Shown here piece by piece: positions 1-8,893 of a stretch of 27,280 nt of DNA. This stretch comes from a virus: the IMG/VR virus record IMGVR_UViG_3300030035_000142, positions 1 to 27,280 of that record; one strand, written 5' to 3'. Position 1 is the first letter of the stretch. Every line of letters begins with the position of its first letter. Under the pieces are notes generated by a model. That model did no database searches, had not been told where the DNA came from, and saw nothing but the letters and a program-made list of their open reading frames with translations. The translations under genes and the position numbers were made by a program.

Positions 1-1188
1 ATGGCAGGCATCATCAAACGCAACAACAAATGGGTGGCCGTCTTCCGCTCCCTGGACGGCAAAGAGCTTCGGAAAACCACCGGCATCGACGTGGTTCCCA
101 AGGCGCTTCTTCCGGGAGCCAATAAGAAATCAATCATGTCCCAGAATGAAGCCCGGGCGCGGCTGGTAGCCCAGGAGATGGAGAAAGAAGCCCGGTACGG
201 GGTTTTCGACCTGGACAAGGTGAAGGCCATTGCCGGGGACCAGGCCGGCGTGCTGAAAGCCACCATGAACGGCATGACGGTAACCCGGTTCCTCTTTGAC
301 TGGCTGGACGGGAGGAAAAACAAGAAGCGGGCCTATGAGCGGGACGGCATGGCCGTCCGCAGGCTTCTGGCGTTCCTGGGGGACCGGCGGAATATGCCGC
401 TGGCCGCCCTGAATAAAGGCATGGCGAAGGATTTTGTAGAAACGGAATTGGAGCGCGTTTCCGCCGGAACCGTCATCCGCTATGTGTCCACGCTGTCCAT
501 CGCGTTCAATGTCGCTGTAGACCGGGAGATCCTTTCCCGGAATCCGTTCCGGGGCGTCATGCCTTCCCGGGCGGACCACCAGGCGGAAAAGCAGCTGCGC
601 GGCGCGTTCACGATGGAGGAAGTGAACACCATCATTGAACGGTTCCCGGATGAATGGCCGGATCTGGTGCGGGTGTGCCTCTATACCGGAGGCCAGCGCC
701 TCGGAGACCTGGCGACGCTGAAATGGGACCAGATTGACCTGAAGAACTCCTTCCTGTTCATGACCACGCAGAAGAGCCGGCGCCGCATGAACAAGCCGAT
801 CATCCAGCCCTTGAAAGAGGTTCTGGAAAGGCGTCTGGTCAACCGGGTGAACGATTACGTGTTTCCCCTGGCCGCGCTTCGCCATGCCCATGCCGGAGGT
901 CGTTCGGACAAGCTTTCCACGGAGTTCACGACATTGTTGAAAACGTACGGGATCATCAGAGAGATGCCCGGGGAAATGAGAGGCGACCGGCACCGGCTTT
1001 CGGAAAAGAGCTTCCACAGCCTACGGGCGACCGCCGTGACCGTCCTGCGCCTGGCCGGGGTGTCCCCGGATTTGTGCCGTTTCATCGTCGGCCACGACTC
1101 CGAAGAGATTGAACGGGTTTATTTCCGCCCGGATTCGTCGGACGTTCAGGAGGCCATGAGCAAGATTGCCGTCGGCTTGGCCCGTTAG
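1..1188 (+). CDS. int: Tyrosine recombinase / phage integrase
   Basis: 395-aa ORF. N-terminal arm/SAM-like region (NNKWVAVFRSLDGKELRKTTG). Catalytic-domain signatures GQRLGDLATLKW (Arg), HSLRATAVT (HxxR) and VGHDSEEIERVYFRP (His...Tyr). Ends in TAG. Confidence 0.9.
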   Translation: MAGIIKRNNKWVAVFRSLDGKELRKTTGIDVVPKALLPGANKKSIMSQNEARARLVAQEMEKEARYGVFDLDKVKAIAGDQAGVLKATMNGMTVTRFLFDWLDGRKNKKRAYERDGMAVRRLLAFLGDRRNMPLAALNKGMAKDFVETELERVSAGTVIRYVSTLSIAFNVAVDREILSRNPFRGVMPSRADHQAEKQLRGAFTMEEVNTIIERFPDEWPDLVRVCLYTGGQRLGDLATLKWDQIDLKNSFLFMTTQKSRRRMNKPIIQPLKEVLERRLVNRVNDYVFPLAALRHAHAGGRSDKLSTEFTTLLKTYGIIREMPGEMRGDRHRLSEKSFHSLRATAVTVLRLAGVSPDLCRFIVGHDSEEIERVYFRPDSSDVQEAMSKIAVGLAR

Positions 1189-1200
1189 CCTTCCTTCCCT

Positions 1201-1241
1201 AAGACGATCATGTTGTTGACATCAACAAGATGATCCGTCTT
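1201..1241. terminator. Long imperfect hairpin between the convergent int and glycosyltransferase-like genes (putative terminator)
   Basis: AAGACGATCATGTTGTTGA-CA-TCAACAAGATGATCCGTCTT forms about 18 bp with one bulge and one mismatch. A pyrimidine/T-rich tail (CTTCCTTATTG) follows on the + strand. The stop codon of the minus-strand gene lies inside the hairpin. Confidence 0.4.
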
Positions 1242-1977
1242 CTTCCTTATTGAACCGGTAACGGTACAAGGCGTCCATGGCGCGGGCGCGCTCGGATTTG
1301 GGAATGTTCGTAGGGCGCGGGTTGCCGAAGGTGACCATCCAGAATTCGGCGTATTTTTTCGGCGTTACGGCGATGCTGAACCAGTTCCATGCCGTCCACT
1401 TCCCTTCACGGTAGAAGGGCGTCCACGGCTCATCAAGTCGGATCTTCTCCTGGGGAAAGAGCCCCTGGATGGTCCGGCAGATCGTCAGGTCTTCCGGCGC
1501 GAGCGGAGGGATGTCAGCCTCCATCAGTTCCTCAGCCGCCAGTCTGGCCGCCCGTCCGCTGATCGCGTAACACGGCCCATAGGCGGAGCGTTCGGACGGG
1601 TTCCGGGGGACCTGGTAGCCGGAGGCGTGCAACGCCAGCCCGTTGCTCTGCATGTCACGCACCCATCCCCCAGACAACAAGAGCGTGTCCGAGTCGATTT
1701 TGACGATGACGTCATCGTCCTCCGCTTCCCCGGCCAGCGTGGAAATGATGCCCCGGACGCATTCCGGTCCGCGCAGGTTGCCGCAGCGGGGGAAAGAGCT
1801 CCGGCGATACCGCGCCCCATACGCTACAAGAGCCCTCCTGGCCTCCGGGGGCACCGGGGCGGCGCTGTCGTCCACCACCGTGATGACGGCTTCAGGCAGG
1901 GCCGCCGCGGCGCATCGGACACAAACGAGGGCTTCCTCCGCGTCTCCGGCATAGGTGAATAGATAGATTCTGATCAT
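1222..1977 (-). CDS. GT-A fold glycosyltransferase-like protein (moron next to the integrase)
   Basis: I start at the internal ATG 1977 (MIRIYLFTYAGD...), 9 nt after the upstream gene's stop. The longer 341-aa form would overlap that gene and is Arg/Pro-rich. GT2-like N-terminus (ITVVDDSAAPV) and DXD-like KIDSDT. Confidence 0.45.
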   Translation of the reverse strand: MIRIYLFTYAGDAEEALVCVRCAAAALPEAVITVVDDSAAPVPPEARRALVAYGARYRRSSFPRCGNLRGPECVRGIISTLAGEAEDDDVIVKIDSDTLLLSGGWVRDMQSNGLALHASGYQVPRNPSERSAYGPCYAISGRAARLAAEELMEADIPPLAPEDLTICRTIQGLFPQEKIRLDEPWTPFYREGKWTAWNWFSIAVTPKKYAEFWMVTFGNPRPTNIPKSERARAMDALYRYRFNKEEDGSSC

Positions 1978-1985
1978 GGTGTTTG

Positions 1986-4130
1986 TTAAGCTGGTCCGTA
2001 GGGGTAGAAGGTGCCTCCGAAGACGGGTATCTGGATCATGCCCAGCGCGTACTGCGTCACCTGGTCGTCTTCGATGTCGGCTATCAGAAAGGAATAGTCG
2101 AAGTTGACACCCGGTTTTTCTTGGGCAAGCATGATAGGATAAACGGTCCCCGGTATGCCAGATACGTCCGCGCCCGTCAGTTTGGCGTCCTGGTCGAAGT
2201 GGACGTTGAGCCATACTTCCCCGCTGGTTTGGGGGATAGTCACCCACGAGGAACCGGAACCGCCCCCCTGCGGATATTTGCCGAGCAGCGAGCCGTTCAG
2301 ATAGAGCGCGCCGGGCTTCATCTGCGCCCCGGTGATGGCTCCCTCCGTATCTTTCTGCAAGCGCACCTGAAAGCCGTATTCCGGCGCGGGCGTGGATTCT
2401 CCCGTGGATTTGGTGATGTGCTGGCTGATGGTGGGGGATTCCGGCTTGGGGTCAAAGCCGTATTCCGTCGATTCCGGCGCCCCCTGCATGTTTTCCAGCG
2501 TGGAAGAAATGTTAGAAACGGAATTAATTTCATTGAGCGAAAGCAAATCTTCAACCCCAAGTTGATTTGGCGCGCCGTAGGACAGGGAAATCGCGTTGGT
2601 CTGCAGGTCGCGCGAAACGGTTTGAATCATGGTGTTGATGTTCTGCCACTCTGGGTTGCCTCCCAGCAGCGAGACGCGCCGGCCCATGTATTGCCGCGTC
2701 TGCGCTTCTCCCAGCGCGACAAAGGAAATAGAGCCGTCCCAGGGCAATTCCTGCATGGATTCCCATACCGTTTTGGCAATGTCCCCATAGGGCACTCCTT
2801 CCGACGGTTCCGGCGATTCCCCTTCTTCCGGGCCGTTGGAGGGCTGTTCCCCGTTGTAGATGCCGTCAATGGGGTAGCTCGCGTAGGGGCGGTCCATGGT
2901 GACCAGATCCACCGAGAATTCTTCCCAGAAGCAGGGCACGCCTTGCAGGGTCCCCACATTCTTGAATTTCTCCCTCCACTTGGCCGGGGCGCTTTCCGGG
3001 ATGGCAAGACGCTGCTTGACGGTGGCGTTGCACCATTGCGGGCGGATGGATTTGGTATGAATTTGCCCGTCCGTCAGTTCATAGCCTGTGGCGGCGGTGT
3101 TGTAGCCTCGCGGCTTGTCTTCCTCCGTTCCGTCCCAGGGCTTCCCGGTGATGGTCGGATCCTGGTCATAGACGGCGATTGCTCCTACATCTTTCATCCA
3201 CGGGAAATGATGTTTCCAGAAACTGTTGATCATGTCGTTCTGGTCAATCCTGGTCCCCGTCACTTTCATGCGCTGGTAAGACAGGCTGCCGGCCCTGGTG
3301 CCCTGCACCGGCTGCGGATCTTCTACCGGCTCCCCCGTAGAACTGTATTTGGAGTAGTAGAAGTCTACTGACGTTCGGTAAACAATGGAGTGCGGCAAGG
3401 TCGGGTCCCCGTCTTCCGGGTATTTGGACAGGTAGGAGACGCGGTAGCCGTTGCTGCCGGTGGTTTCCGCGACGATAGCCACGCAGGGCGGTACGAGGTC
3501 GCCCCGGGGGACCAGGGAAACATCCATAGACTTGACCGTCGCCGTCGGCTGCAAGGGAAGCGCGATGGGCGTCAGGGCGTCATAGTCCGTGATGATGAGC
3601 TTGGGGCGCGCGCCGCTGTAGTCGTAGTAGGAAACCATGCGGGGCGACCAGCGGCGGATGGATTGAAGGAGGCTGCTCAGCGTATCGCAGGAGGCGTTCC
3701 ACGGAATCAGCATCTTGTCGTCGCTGATACGCAGCTCGTAGTCCGCCGGGTGGTGTTTGGCGAGGTTCAGCACCCGGGAGAGTGCGGAGGCAATGCTTAT
3801 CTTGGGAATGATGCCGCCCCCTCCGCTGACTTTATTCCACATGGAAAAGACCGGCTTCCATTCGGAATCCAGCGCAAAGCAGTTGTCCAGCCAATACCAG
3901 GGATCGGAAAAGACGATTTTCCACGCACGGGAAGAGCCGCTGTAGGTCTTTTCGATGCTGGAAACGAGGCCGGAAAGAATGGTGTTCCCGTTTTGGGAGA
4001 TGGAGACAGTATCGAACTGTTGGAAGGGTAAGACCTCCCCCAGCGTTCGCACGGGATAAACCGCGGTGATGGCGGAGGAGGAAAAGCTTTGCTGGTCGTG
4101 GGTCAGGCTCGACGGCTTGAGGCCCAGCAA
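1986..4130 (-). CDS. Large distal tail protein (714 aa from TTG; possible AGG start at 4157)
   Basis: Long ORF directly downstream of the tape-measure region, with no recognisable enzymatic motif. The function call rests on position and size. The first canonical start is TTG 4130. The frame is open back to TAA 4181-4179 with an in-frame AGG at 4157-4155. Confidence 0.55.
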   Translation of the reverse strand: MLGLKPSSLTHDQQSFSSSAITAVYPVRTLGEVLPFQQFDTVSISQNGNTILSGLVSSIEKTYSGSSRAWKIVFSDPWYWLDNCFALDSEWKPVFSMWNKVSGGGGIIPKISIASALSRVLNLAKHHPADYELRISDDKMLIPWNASCDTLSSLLQSIRRWSPRMVSYYDYSGARPKLIITDYDALTPIALPLQPTATVKSMDVSLVPRGDLVPPCVAIVAETTGSNGYRVSYLSKYPEDGDPTLPHSIVYRTSVDFYYSKYSSTGEPVEDPQPVQGTRAGSLSYQRMKVTGTRIDQNDMINSFWKHHFPWMKDVGAIAVYDQDPTITGKPWDGTEEDKPRGYNTAATGYELTDGQIHTKSIRPQWCNATVKQRLAIPESAPAKWREKFKNVGTLQGVPCFWEEFSVDLVTMDRPYASYPIDGIYNGEQPSNGPEEGESPEPSEGVPYGDIAKTVWESMQELPWDGSISFVALGEAQTRQYMGRRVSLLGGNPEWQNINTMIQTVSRDLQTNAISLSYGAPNQLGVEDLLSLNEINSVSNISSTLENMQGAPESTEYGFDPKPESPTISQHITKSTGESTPAPEYGFQVRLQKDTEGAITGAQMKPGALYLNGSLLGKYPQGGGSGSSWVTIPQTSGEVWLNVHFDQDAKLTGADVSGIPGTVYPIMLAQEKPGVNFDYSFLIADIEDDQVTQYALGMIQIPVFGGTFYPYGPA

Positions 4131-4235
4131 GTCATTGATGGTGATGTCGTGGTTCCTGCTGCTTGTAAAATGGTTATGTTATGGCTTGATGTTACCGTAT
4201 CTTGCCTGGTTCGGCAATGCGTTTACCTGTCCTAG

Positions 4236-4643
4236 TTATTTATTTTTGCTTAATAGGACATAAAACGTATACCACATAATTCCACCAATTACCCCCCCGA
4301 CGATATAGCCTATTCCAGCCATAGATAAGCCTGATATAAAACTTGCTATTCCCATAATTGCTCCACCACCAACTGACAATGTTGCTAAGAATACGAGGAC
4401 TGTGGCAAGAGCAGAATGACTTTCTTTGCAAGTTGGAACCTTATTAGGGGAATGCATGATCCCACTATTTTCCCTCAATAATGAAGAAGAAAATAACAAT
4501 TCCGAAGCCTTGACCCATTTTTTTGTACCTTCTGCGCAAATTAACGTGTCGGGAGAAATTATGTTTCTCTCGACTAACCTTCTTAACTCGGTAAGAACAA
4601 TAGGTCCCTTCACAACATTTCCGGAAAAATAGTGATACCGCAT
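4236..4643 (-). CDS. GYF_2 (DUF4339)-like domain protein with a C-terminal transmembrane segment
   Basis: The N-terminus YHYFSGNVVKGPIVLTELRRLVERNIISPDTLICAEGTKKWVKASEL matches the GYF_2 pattern. The C-terminus is hydrophobic and Gly-rich (LATVLVFLATLSVGGGAIMGIASFISGLSMAGIGYIVGGVIGGIMWYTF). The gene lies in an AT-rich island. Confidence 0.6.
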   Translation of the reverse strand: MRYHYFSGNVVKGPIVLTELRRLVERNIISPDTLICAEGTKKWVKASELLFSSSLLRENSGIMHSPNKVPTCKESHSALATVLVFLATLSVGGGAIMGIASFISGLSMAGIGYIVGGVIGGIMWYTFYVLLSKNK

Positions 4644-4676
4644 AAATTTGGGAATTTACAATATCCTCATTTTTTT

Positions 4677-6524
4677 TCAATGCTTTCTTCTTCTTAAGCC
4701 CTCTATATTGTTTTTAGCTTGTTCTAAGTCTTTTTTCATTTGATCCAAACCGTTTTTTAGATTTTTTAGTTCTCCTGATTGAATGTTAATCAGTAATAGA
4801 GCTTCTTTCATGTTTCCGGAAAGTCCGTTCAATATAGATTGATTAGTAATGCCCTGTTGTCTTAAGGCGTCTCTAAACGCTATTCCAATTTGTTCATATT
4901 CTCGAGAATCTATTACTCCATCGGAAGCGGCTTTCTTCACCTGTCCACGTATAGCTTCAGATGCAGCTCTAACAAGTGCCTTTTGTTGGTCAGTGGCAGA
5001 TTTTCCAGCCTCCACTATAAACCTATCTACAGCCTCTGAAAAATACTCATTATTCTTTTTAAGTTCCTCTGTTTTCTTATCTATATCTTTTTTTCGCCCC
5101 TTAATTTCATTCTCGGCATCTTCTCTTTGTCTTTCTTCTCTAATGGATTTTCTCTCTTGCGCTTGAGCGGTCCTCCCTCGTTGTTCATCAACTGCCGCTT
5201 CCGATTCATTTTTCTTTTTTATATTAGAAAAGTTTCTCGTTGCCTTTTCTTCTTCATTTATAGCTTCTATTAGAGATTTTTCCGCCTCTTCATATTCTTT
5301 TTCAAGAGTTTCTATAGTTTTTGCATAAGATGCATAGGCATTACTATATCCACCTTCGCCAGAAGTTCCATTACCTAAAGAGAATCCGCTATCTTCAAGG
5401 GCAATATCACTCTTCTCTATGGCTTCTTCTGTGTTAAATATTTTATCTCTTCTATCTTCTGCGTTGATATAACCATATTTATCAAGCAAGGATGAAATTC
5501 TTCTATCAGATATATTTTTACCGCCAACAAATTGAGATACTGCATCATAAATATTTTTATCGCTAACTTGTTTATACCTAATAGCCCCTAAATTTACTTC
5601 TTTATCCCTTAAAGATATTAAATAATCGTATAAGTCATTTCTCAATGAATTAGTCTGTTCTTCTACAGAAACTTCTGCAGCTCGTCTCTCTTCCAGGGTC
5701 ATTATATCATCATTAATAGATGCGTTTTGCAAGGCGGCCTTAGCTTCTCTTTGTCTTCGTGCTGCATCTATTCTTTTATTTACTGCATCCGATACATCCA
5801 AACTTGCTGATTCTTCTATTTCTCCTCTTCTCCTTGCACGACTATCTAATTCAATTCCTTCCAACAAACGTGCTTTTCTTCGTTCTGCATCTGATCCTTC
5901 TCCTAATAGTCCATTTGCAAAATCTTCTTCTACCTTTAATCGGGCAATTTCTGCTTCATCGTCTTTGATTCCTGATTCTAAAGAAATCAATTCTTTACGA
6001 TAATCCAGAGAATATTTTAAGGCTTCTGATTCCAGCTTTCGATAATCAGCTATTTTCTTTGCACTATCTAAAGCTTCTCTTAAAATTTGCTCGTTTTGAT
6101 TTTGCCGCCATGTCTCTTCAACCTCTGCTTTTAATTTTCTAAATGCTTCTGCTTCCTCTTCAATCGCCTTAGCAAGCTCTTTGGATTTCGCTTCCGTGTT
6201 CCCCATCCAATCGTAAAGCTTCGCCCCGGCCAGAACGGCAAGCGACATCGCGCCGGCCAGACCTGCGCCGCCTCCGAAGCCCATCACCAGCCCCGGAATA
6301 TTGTTCATGATGCCCCGGATGCCGTACTGCAAGTCATCGAAGAAGTAGGCAGCCTGCAAGGCCCCCTGCCCCATGTTCTTCACGCTCCGGGTTGCCTGCT
6401 GGCTGTCTTTATCCAGCTGCTCCGTAGACTTGTTCAGGGAGTCAATTTTCTGTTTCGCTTCTTCCACGCCTTTTCCGTCCAGCGTGGACTTGAGCTTGAT
6501 TTCGATTTCTTTCTTGGTGGCCAT
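4677..6524 (-). CDS. Tape measure protein (compositionally chimeric)
   Basis: 615 aa. Gly-rich hydrophobic segment (GLVMGFGGGAGLAGAMSLAVLAGA) followed by a long K/E-rich coiled coil. It sits directly after a small chaperone-like ORF. The first ~110 codons are GC-rich and the rest is AT-rich. Confidence 0.7.
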   Translation of the reverse strand: MATKKEIEIKLKSTLDGKGVEEAKQKIDSLNKSTEQLDKDSQQATRSVKNMGQGALQAAYFFDDLQYGIRGIMNNIPGLVMGFGGGAGLAGAMSLAVLAGAKLYDWMGNTEAKSKELAKAIEEEAEAFRKLKAEVEETWRQNQNEQILREALDSAKKIADYRKLESEALKYSLDYRKELISLESGIKDDEAEIARLKVEEDFANGLLGEGSDAERRKARLLEGIELDSRARRRGEIEESASLDVSDAVNKRIDAARRQREAKAALQNASINDDIMTLEERRAAEVSVEEQTNSLRNDLYDYLISLRDKEVNLGAIRYKQVSDKNIYDAVSQFVGGKNISDRRISSLLDKYGYINAEDRRDKIFNTEEAIEKSDIALEDSGFSLGNGTSGEGGYSNAYASYAKTIETLEKEYEEAEKSLIEAINEEEKATRNFSNIKKKNESEAAVDEQRGRTAQAQERKSIREERQREDAENEIKGRKKDIDKKTEELKKNNEYFSEAVDRFIVEAGKSATDQQKALVRAASEAIRGQVKKAASDGVIDSREYEQIGIAFRDALRQQGITNQSILNGLSGNMKEALLLINIQSGELKNLKNGLDQMKKDLEQAKNNIEGLRRRKH

Positions 6525-6545
6525 GGTGGTCTGGATGGTAGGGTG

Positions 6546-6827
6546 TTATCGTTGAGCGCGGACTTCTTCGATGATGAAAGCGGGCAAATTCCCGGACGTG
6601 AGCGCCGTCCGGGATTCTTCCACGCGTTTCTGCAAGGATTCCAGAATCATCATATCGCGGATGATGATTCCGAAGGCATGGGAGGGATCGACGCCGGCAT
6701 CTTGGGAGGCAGTAAAGACGCTTTCCTTCAATTCCTGCACCGCCTGGTTCAGGTTCGGGTTCTTGCCGCACTCTTCGGCCAATTCGACGAAAAGCCGTTC
6801 TATTCCGTTTTGTTGTTGTTCGTTCAT
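6546..6827 (-). CDS. Small acidic protein, tail assembly chaperone-like by position
   Basis: 93-aa ORF with an ATG start, immediately upstream of the tape measure gene. The call is positional only. Confidence 0.4.
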   Translation of the reverse strand: MNEQQQNGIERLFVELAEECGKNPNLNQAVQELKESVFTASQDAGVDPSHAFGIIIRDMMILESLQKRVEESRTALTSGNLPAFIIEEVRAQR

Positions 6828-6841
6828 GATGGATTATGCTG

Positions 6842-8356
6842 TTAAGATGGGTATTCGGTGGAAGTGTAGCGGATGACGAGGGATAATCCGAACGTACGTC
6901 CGGGCGCCGTGGCTGCGGCGGGATAGGACTCGTCTCCGAGACCGTCAAATGACTGGGGGCTTTCCAGCATGGCATGCTGCTCATAGATGCCGTTCTGGTT
7001 TTCCACGACCAGCTGCCAGTCCGAGCGGATTTCCACGCCGGGAGAAAACGTCCATTTCACGTTTCCGCCCTCTCCGGTGGAAACCGCCTCGCTGCTGGTC
7101 GCTAGAAGAGAGGCAGACCCGTTTTCCACCCGGTAAAGCGTTAACGTGCCGGAATTGGAGCTGGTGGGGTTCGTCGTGATGATTTCCTGCAGCGTCAGTC
7201 CCTTTCCTTCGGGGTTGCCTTCCGGGAAGTCCGGATAAACGTCCGAGGGAATAAACCTCCATGAGGAATAACTCATCGGATTATCCGAGTATTCCCCTCC
7301 GGGCGGGGGAAGCTGATGATTTCGGGTGACCAGTCCTGCCCTCAATACGCGGATTGTCTGTTTTAAACCGGAATCCGCCTGTGTCGCGGAAACGACGACG
7401 GAGCCGGCCCCTCCTTCATTGGGCGCCGCGGTTAACGTGAAGGACCCGTTATTTCCGTTCGTGATATCGGAGATGACAACGGAAGAGCTGGGAGAATTGG
7501 GCGTCCAGTCAACGCTGACTGCCCCCGGGTCATAATAGGAAGTCACCTGGACCTGGTAGCTTCCGCCAGTAACGGGAACCTGTACCTGGGTTGGAGAAAG
7601 GCTGAATGAGAAAGTAGGAAGCGGCTGACGAAATTCAACCTCAACAGCCTGCCCGGTTCCGTCCTGAATGACCTGGAGCGACATGGTCCTGTCCTCGTCT
7701 CCTTCATTGGCGGAGACTGCCACCTTGAATGATCCGTTGTTCCCGTTGACCACATCGGAGACGGTCAACCCTTCGGAGACTTCGGCTATCTGCCACCCCT
7801 GCCCGACCGGACCCGGGGTAAACGAAGATTCCACGTTCACGGTATATTCACCCCCCTGGACGGGCACGTCAAAAGAAGCGGGTGTCACGGCAAAAACCCA
7901 GTTGGAATTGTCTGGTGTCCTGTCGGTGACGGTCATGGTCAGCGTGACCAGCAGGCACAGATAGCCGTCCTCTGGAGACGGAGGCGGGACGAAGTTTTCG
8001 GTTTCAAACTGGTAGCCGGTGATGACGGCGGCAAACCGCCATTGCGGCTGTTCGGCGAACTGCAGGTAGAGATAGCCGTTCTGGTTGCTGGCCAGCCACA
8101 GAGCCAGATTCTCCTGATAGGCAGCCATATCCTGAAAATCGACGAACCAGCGGTAAAACGCGATGGTGCGCTGCTCCACGGCACTCCCAAGCCCCTGCGC
8201 GAACGCCCTGGGGCCGTCCACCAGCGACGTTTCGAATGCCTCCATGGAACCGCCGAAGCGGGGCGGCTCCGGCGTATCGTCCCAGAGGTTGAGCAGCTGG
8301 ATCTGGTTGCCGGCGGCGGAAACGTAGCGGGCTGCGTAGGGGGCCTGGTAGGTCAT
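6842..8356 (-). CDS. Tail-associated protein with two tandem BACON/Ig-like beta-sandwich repeats
   Basis: 504 aa with an ATG start 6 nt after the amidase stop. Two ~90-aa repeats share the pattern ...P..v.VP..GG.Y.V.V.S...PG.....W........v.SD..NGNNGSF............ It occupies the slot usually held by the major tail protein (upstream of chaperone + TMP). Confidence 0.6.
   Translation of the reverse strand: MTYQAPYAARYVSAAGNQIQLLNLWDDTPEPPRFGGSMEAFETSLVDGPRAFAQGLGSAVEQRTIAFYRWFVDFQDMAAYQENLALWLASNQNGYLYLQFAEQPQWRFAAVITGYQFETENFVPPPSPEDGYLCLLVTLTMTVTDRTPDNSNWVFAVTPASFDVPVQGGEYTVNVESSFTPGPVGQGWQIAEVSEGLTVSDVVNGNNGSFKVAVSANEGDEDRTMSLQVIQDGTGQAVEVEFRQPLPTFSFSLSPTQVQVPVTGGSYQVQVTSYYDPGAVSVDWTPNSPSSSVVISDITNGNNGSFTLTAAPNEGGAGSVVVSATQADSGLKQTIRVLRAGLVTRNHQLPPPGGEYSDNPMSYSSWRFIPSDVYPDFPEGNPEGKGLTLQEIITTNPTSSNSGTLTLYRVENGSASLLATSSEAVSTGEGGNVKWTFSPGVEIRSDWQLVVENQNGIYEQHAMLESPQSFDGLGDESYPAAATAPGRTFGLSLVIRYTSTEYPS
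7340..7897 (-). repeat. Tandem duplicated Ig/BACON-like domain coding repeat (2 x ~90 codons)
   Basis: Repeat 1 runs FAVTPASFDVPVQGGEYTVNVESS...VVNGNNGSFKVAVSANEGDEDRTMSLQV. Repeat 2 runs FSLSPTQVQVPVTGGSYQVQVTSY...ITNGNNGSFTLTAAPNEGGAGSVVVSAT. Confidence 0.6.
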
Positions 8357-8362
8357 GGGCGG

Positions 8363-8893
8363 TTACTGGTTGAGGTAGTCTTTCACCCCTTCGGCAATGG
8401 CTTCGGCAATGCGTCCGGGATGGTCCTTCATCAGGGCGGCGTTTTCAGGATTGGTGATAAATCCGCATTCGCACAGCACCCACGGACAGCGGGTCCTTTT
8501 CAGGACGGCGAGGCCCGGACGCGACTGGACGGTATTGGCCCGGCCGGGAAGCAGGCGGGAAAGAGGTTCCGCAATGCACATGGCCAGCCTGCTGCCCTTG
8601 ACGCTGCCCGGGTAAAAACACACATGGGCCCCATGGGCCTGGGGATTGTCGGAAGCGTCGCAATGCAGTGAGATGCCGAAGTCATAGCCGCCTTCATTGG
8701 CGGCCTTGATGGTGGCGTTCAAATCCTGGGCATTGCTCATGCCCGGAAAGTCAATCACGTCCACCTTGGCCCCCAGCTGCCGCAGCATGGGGGCGAGGCA
8801 TTCGGCGATCGTCACGGCGACGGCGTGTTCTTCAAGACCGTTCCCGCGGGCTCCGGTGTTGTTGGCATGTCCAATATCAATGGCTATTTTCAT
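8363..8893 (-). CDS. N-acetylmuramoyl-L-alanine amidase (Amidase_3-type endolysin)
   Basis: MKIAIDIGHANNTGA...EH...SLHCDAS...AHGAHVCF...LCECGFITNPENA matches the Zn-amidase type 3 pattern (DxGHG.., SiHaNa, E.gFisN). Confidence 0.85.
   Translation of the reverse strand: MKIAIDIGHANNTGARGNGLEEHAVAVTIAECLAPMLRQLGAKVDVIDFPGMSNAQDLNATIKAANEGGYDFGISLHCDASDNPQAHGAHVCFYPGSVKGSRLAMCIAEPLSRLLPGRANTVQSRPGLAVLKRTRCPWVLCECGFITNPENAALMKDHPGRIAEAIAEGVKDYLNQ

Noticed and set aside
4240-6555. Small ORFs on both strands inside the AT-rich island: 4240-4431(-), 4426-4632(+), 4465-4680(-), 4849-5166(+), 5759-5968(+) and 6373-6555(+).
   Set aside because: They are low-complexity translations (poly-L/F/S/I) of the complement or alternative frames of the GYF and TMP genes. 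None has an independent signal.
6442-6984. A 180-aa ORF in the -1 frame relative to the chaperone-like gene extends past its stop into the TMP start. It could be a G/GT-type programmed frameshift product.
   Set aside because: The 3' end of the chaperone-like ORF reads ...ACG TCC GGG AAT TTG CCC GCT TTC ATC ATC GAA GAA GTC..., with no XXXYYYZ slippery heptamer. The -1 frame translation is Arg/Pro/His-rich, typical of an off-frame in GC-rich DNA. The extension would be very short.
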